From Thalia democratica (lineage: Eukaryota): a stretch of 64,000 nt of DNA. Each line of letters begins with the position of its first letter. Positions within the stretch are counted from its first letter, which is position 1. A model generated the notes under the pieces. It ran no database searches. It had not been told where the DNA came from and worked only from the letters and a program-made list of their open reading frames with translations. The DNA is taken from contig OZ241829.1 in assembly GCA_965202585.1 (NCBI GenBank), positions 52,886,001-52,950,000 on the forward strand, in the 5' to 3' direction. Of this stretch, positions 62,803 to 64,000 are shown piece by piece. The position numbers and the translations under genes are program-made.

Positions 62803-64000
62803 GTTCGTTTAGTTAGATGGAAGATCAATTTTTCCACCGAATATTTGTAATGTACAATATTCAATTCTTACGTCATATTGTTTTTTTTGATTTTTGTATA
62901 ACATTTGCACCTCTGTTCACCAAAGTGCTATTTATTTTAAATTGAACAACCTTTTTTTGTCTTTATGAAACATATGTTCTGGAATTTTAAAGATTGCATT
63001 TTCCTAATCAACTATCTAAAAGCCCTTCAAGTGGGCTCTATAGAAAGTGATTAAATTTAATAATCACCTTATTTTCTATATATATAAATAAAAAAATAGG
63101 GTTCAGCTTGTATTTTATTTTACAAAGGTATAACTTACTTTATTTAAAATGTAACATGATTAATCATACGTGTTTTATCAAAGATTAACTTACAGTTTTC
63201 GTCGCTATCTTCTTTTATCATTTCTGTCTGTAATATGTTAAACTCATAAGAAAGTATACAAACAAAGTTCAAAAGGCGAGATAAACTTTTTGTTGTGAAT
63301 GACTACACTTTAAAGTATGTTTAGATAATGATAGATTCAAGTTTTGTAGGCTAACAAAGACAACTCAATTATTTACTCTATAAATTAATAAAAATAATTA
63401 CTTTTAAATATGTATGTTTTTAGTAGCAAATTGAAACATCCAGACAGATAAAATAACAAAAAACGCCTTTTAAATAAATTTTTCAATAGCACACAATGTT
63501 ATATTTTAAAGTTAAGTAAAATATCAATGGATGTCGTTTTAGGAAATAAGTTTGTTTAAACTAGTTTTCGATTTGTATGTTCTAACTACGTTTAAAATTG
63601 TATAACTAATTTTTAAGATAAGTAAAAAAAAATTATCTTGTTTCGTTGTTAATTTATATACATTATATCATAAACTCTTTAACAAACTTTATTATATCTA
63701 TATAAATGAAGCATGAGCGGTTTTAGGGTGGTTTCGTGGAGCATATGCTATCCATCAAATAAAAAAAAAAGTTTAAGTCATTCAATGAAACTTGGTTTAA
63801 TAAGAAATTTTGCTTATATTAGTAGATTCTCTAATACTTTCTTATTAAATATTACTTGACCAGTGAGCACAGAGCAACTTTCTCCAAAGTAAACAAGAAA
63901 AAACCTAGTAACTATACTCAACTACTTATGGGACCTGTACAAAGAAAACTTCAAAACATTGTTGAATGTAATATGATAAACAAATCAGAGGCAAACTCGA

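Larger units (their letters stand above)
57924..63008. repeat. Foldback element (arms about 430 bp) interrupted by one insertion in each arm
   Basis: 57924-58138 plus 61323-~61540 is the reverse complement of ~61575-61783 plus 62803-63008. Confidence 0.85.

Noticed and set aside
63194-63227. 34-nt minus-strand exon-like segment (TEMIKEDSDEN)
   Set aside because: The splice signals look good, but it is isolated and I could not link it to a gene within the window.

Overview
Very AT-rich animal genomic DNA, dominated by transposons. The mix of hAT, Kolobok-like, Penelope and Gypsy remnants suggests a Hydra-like cnidarian, which is an inference. About 47 kb is the 3' part of a multi-exon CSPP1 (centrosome and spindle pole associated protein 1) orthologue on the + strand. 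I traced 17 phase-compatible exons from 3692 to the stop at 47181-47183 (about 744 codons), plus a probable partial exon at 1-33. A second, unrecognised multi-exon gene or decaying pseudogene converges on it from the - strand (about 50.7-57.7 kb). Introns and intergenic DNA hold degenerate hAT transposons, several MITE families, a broken Gypsy pol, an RTE-like LINE 3' end, a Penelope GIY-YIG fragment and foldback elements, often nested. The most unusual signal is a six-copy LTR-like family with TGTAAGC...TTATA ends and 4-bp target duplications. Copies carry candidate spliceosomal intron signals and the first ~50-70 codons of an ORF that runs out of the element's 3' end. Two copies are composites of diverged units. 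All calls were made by eye; no database search was run.
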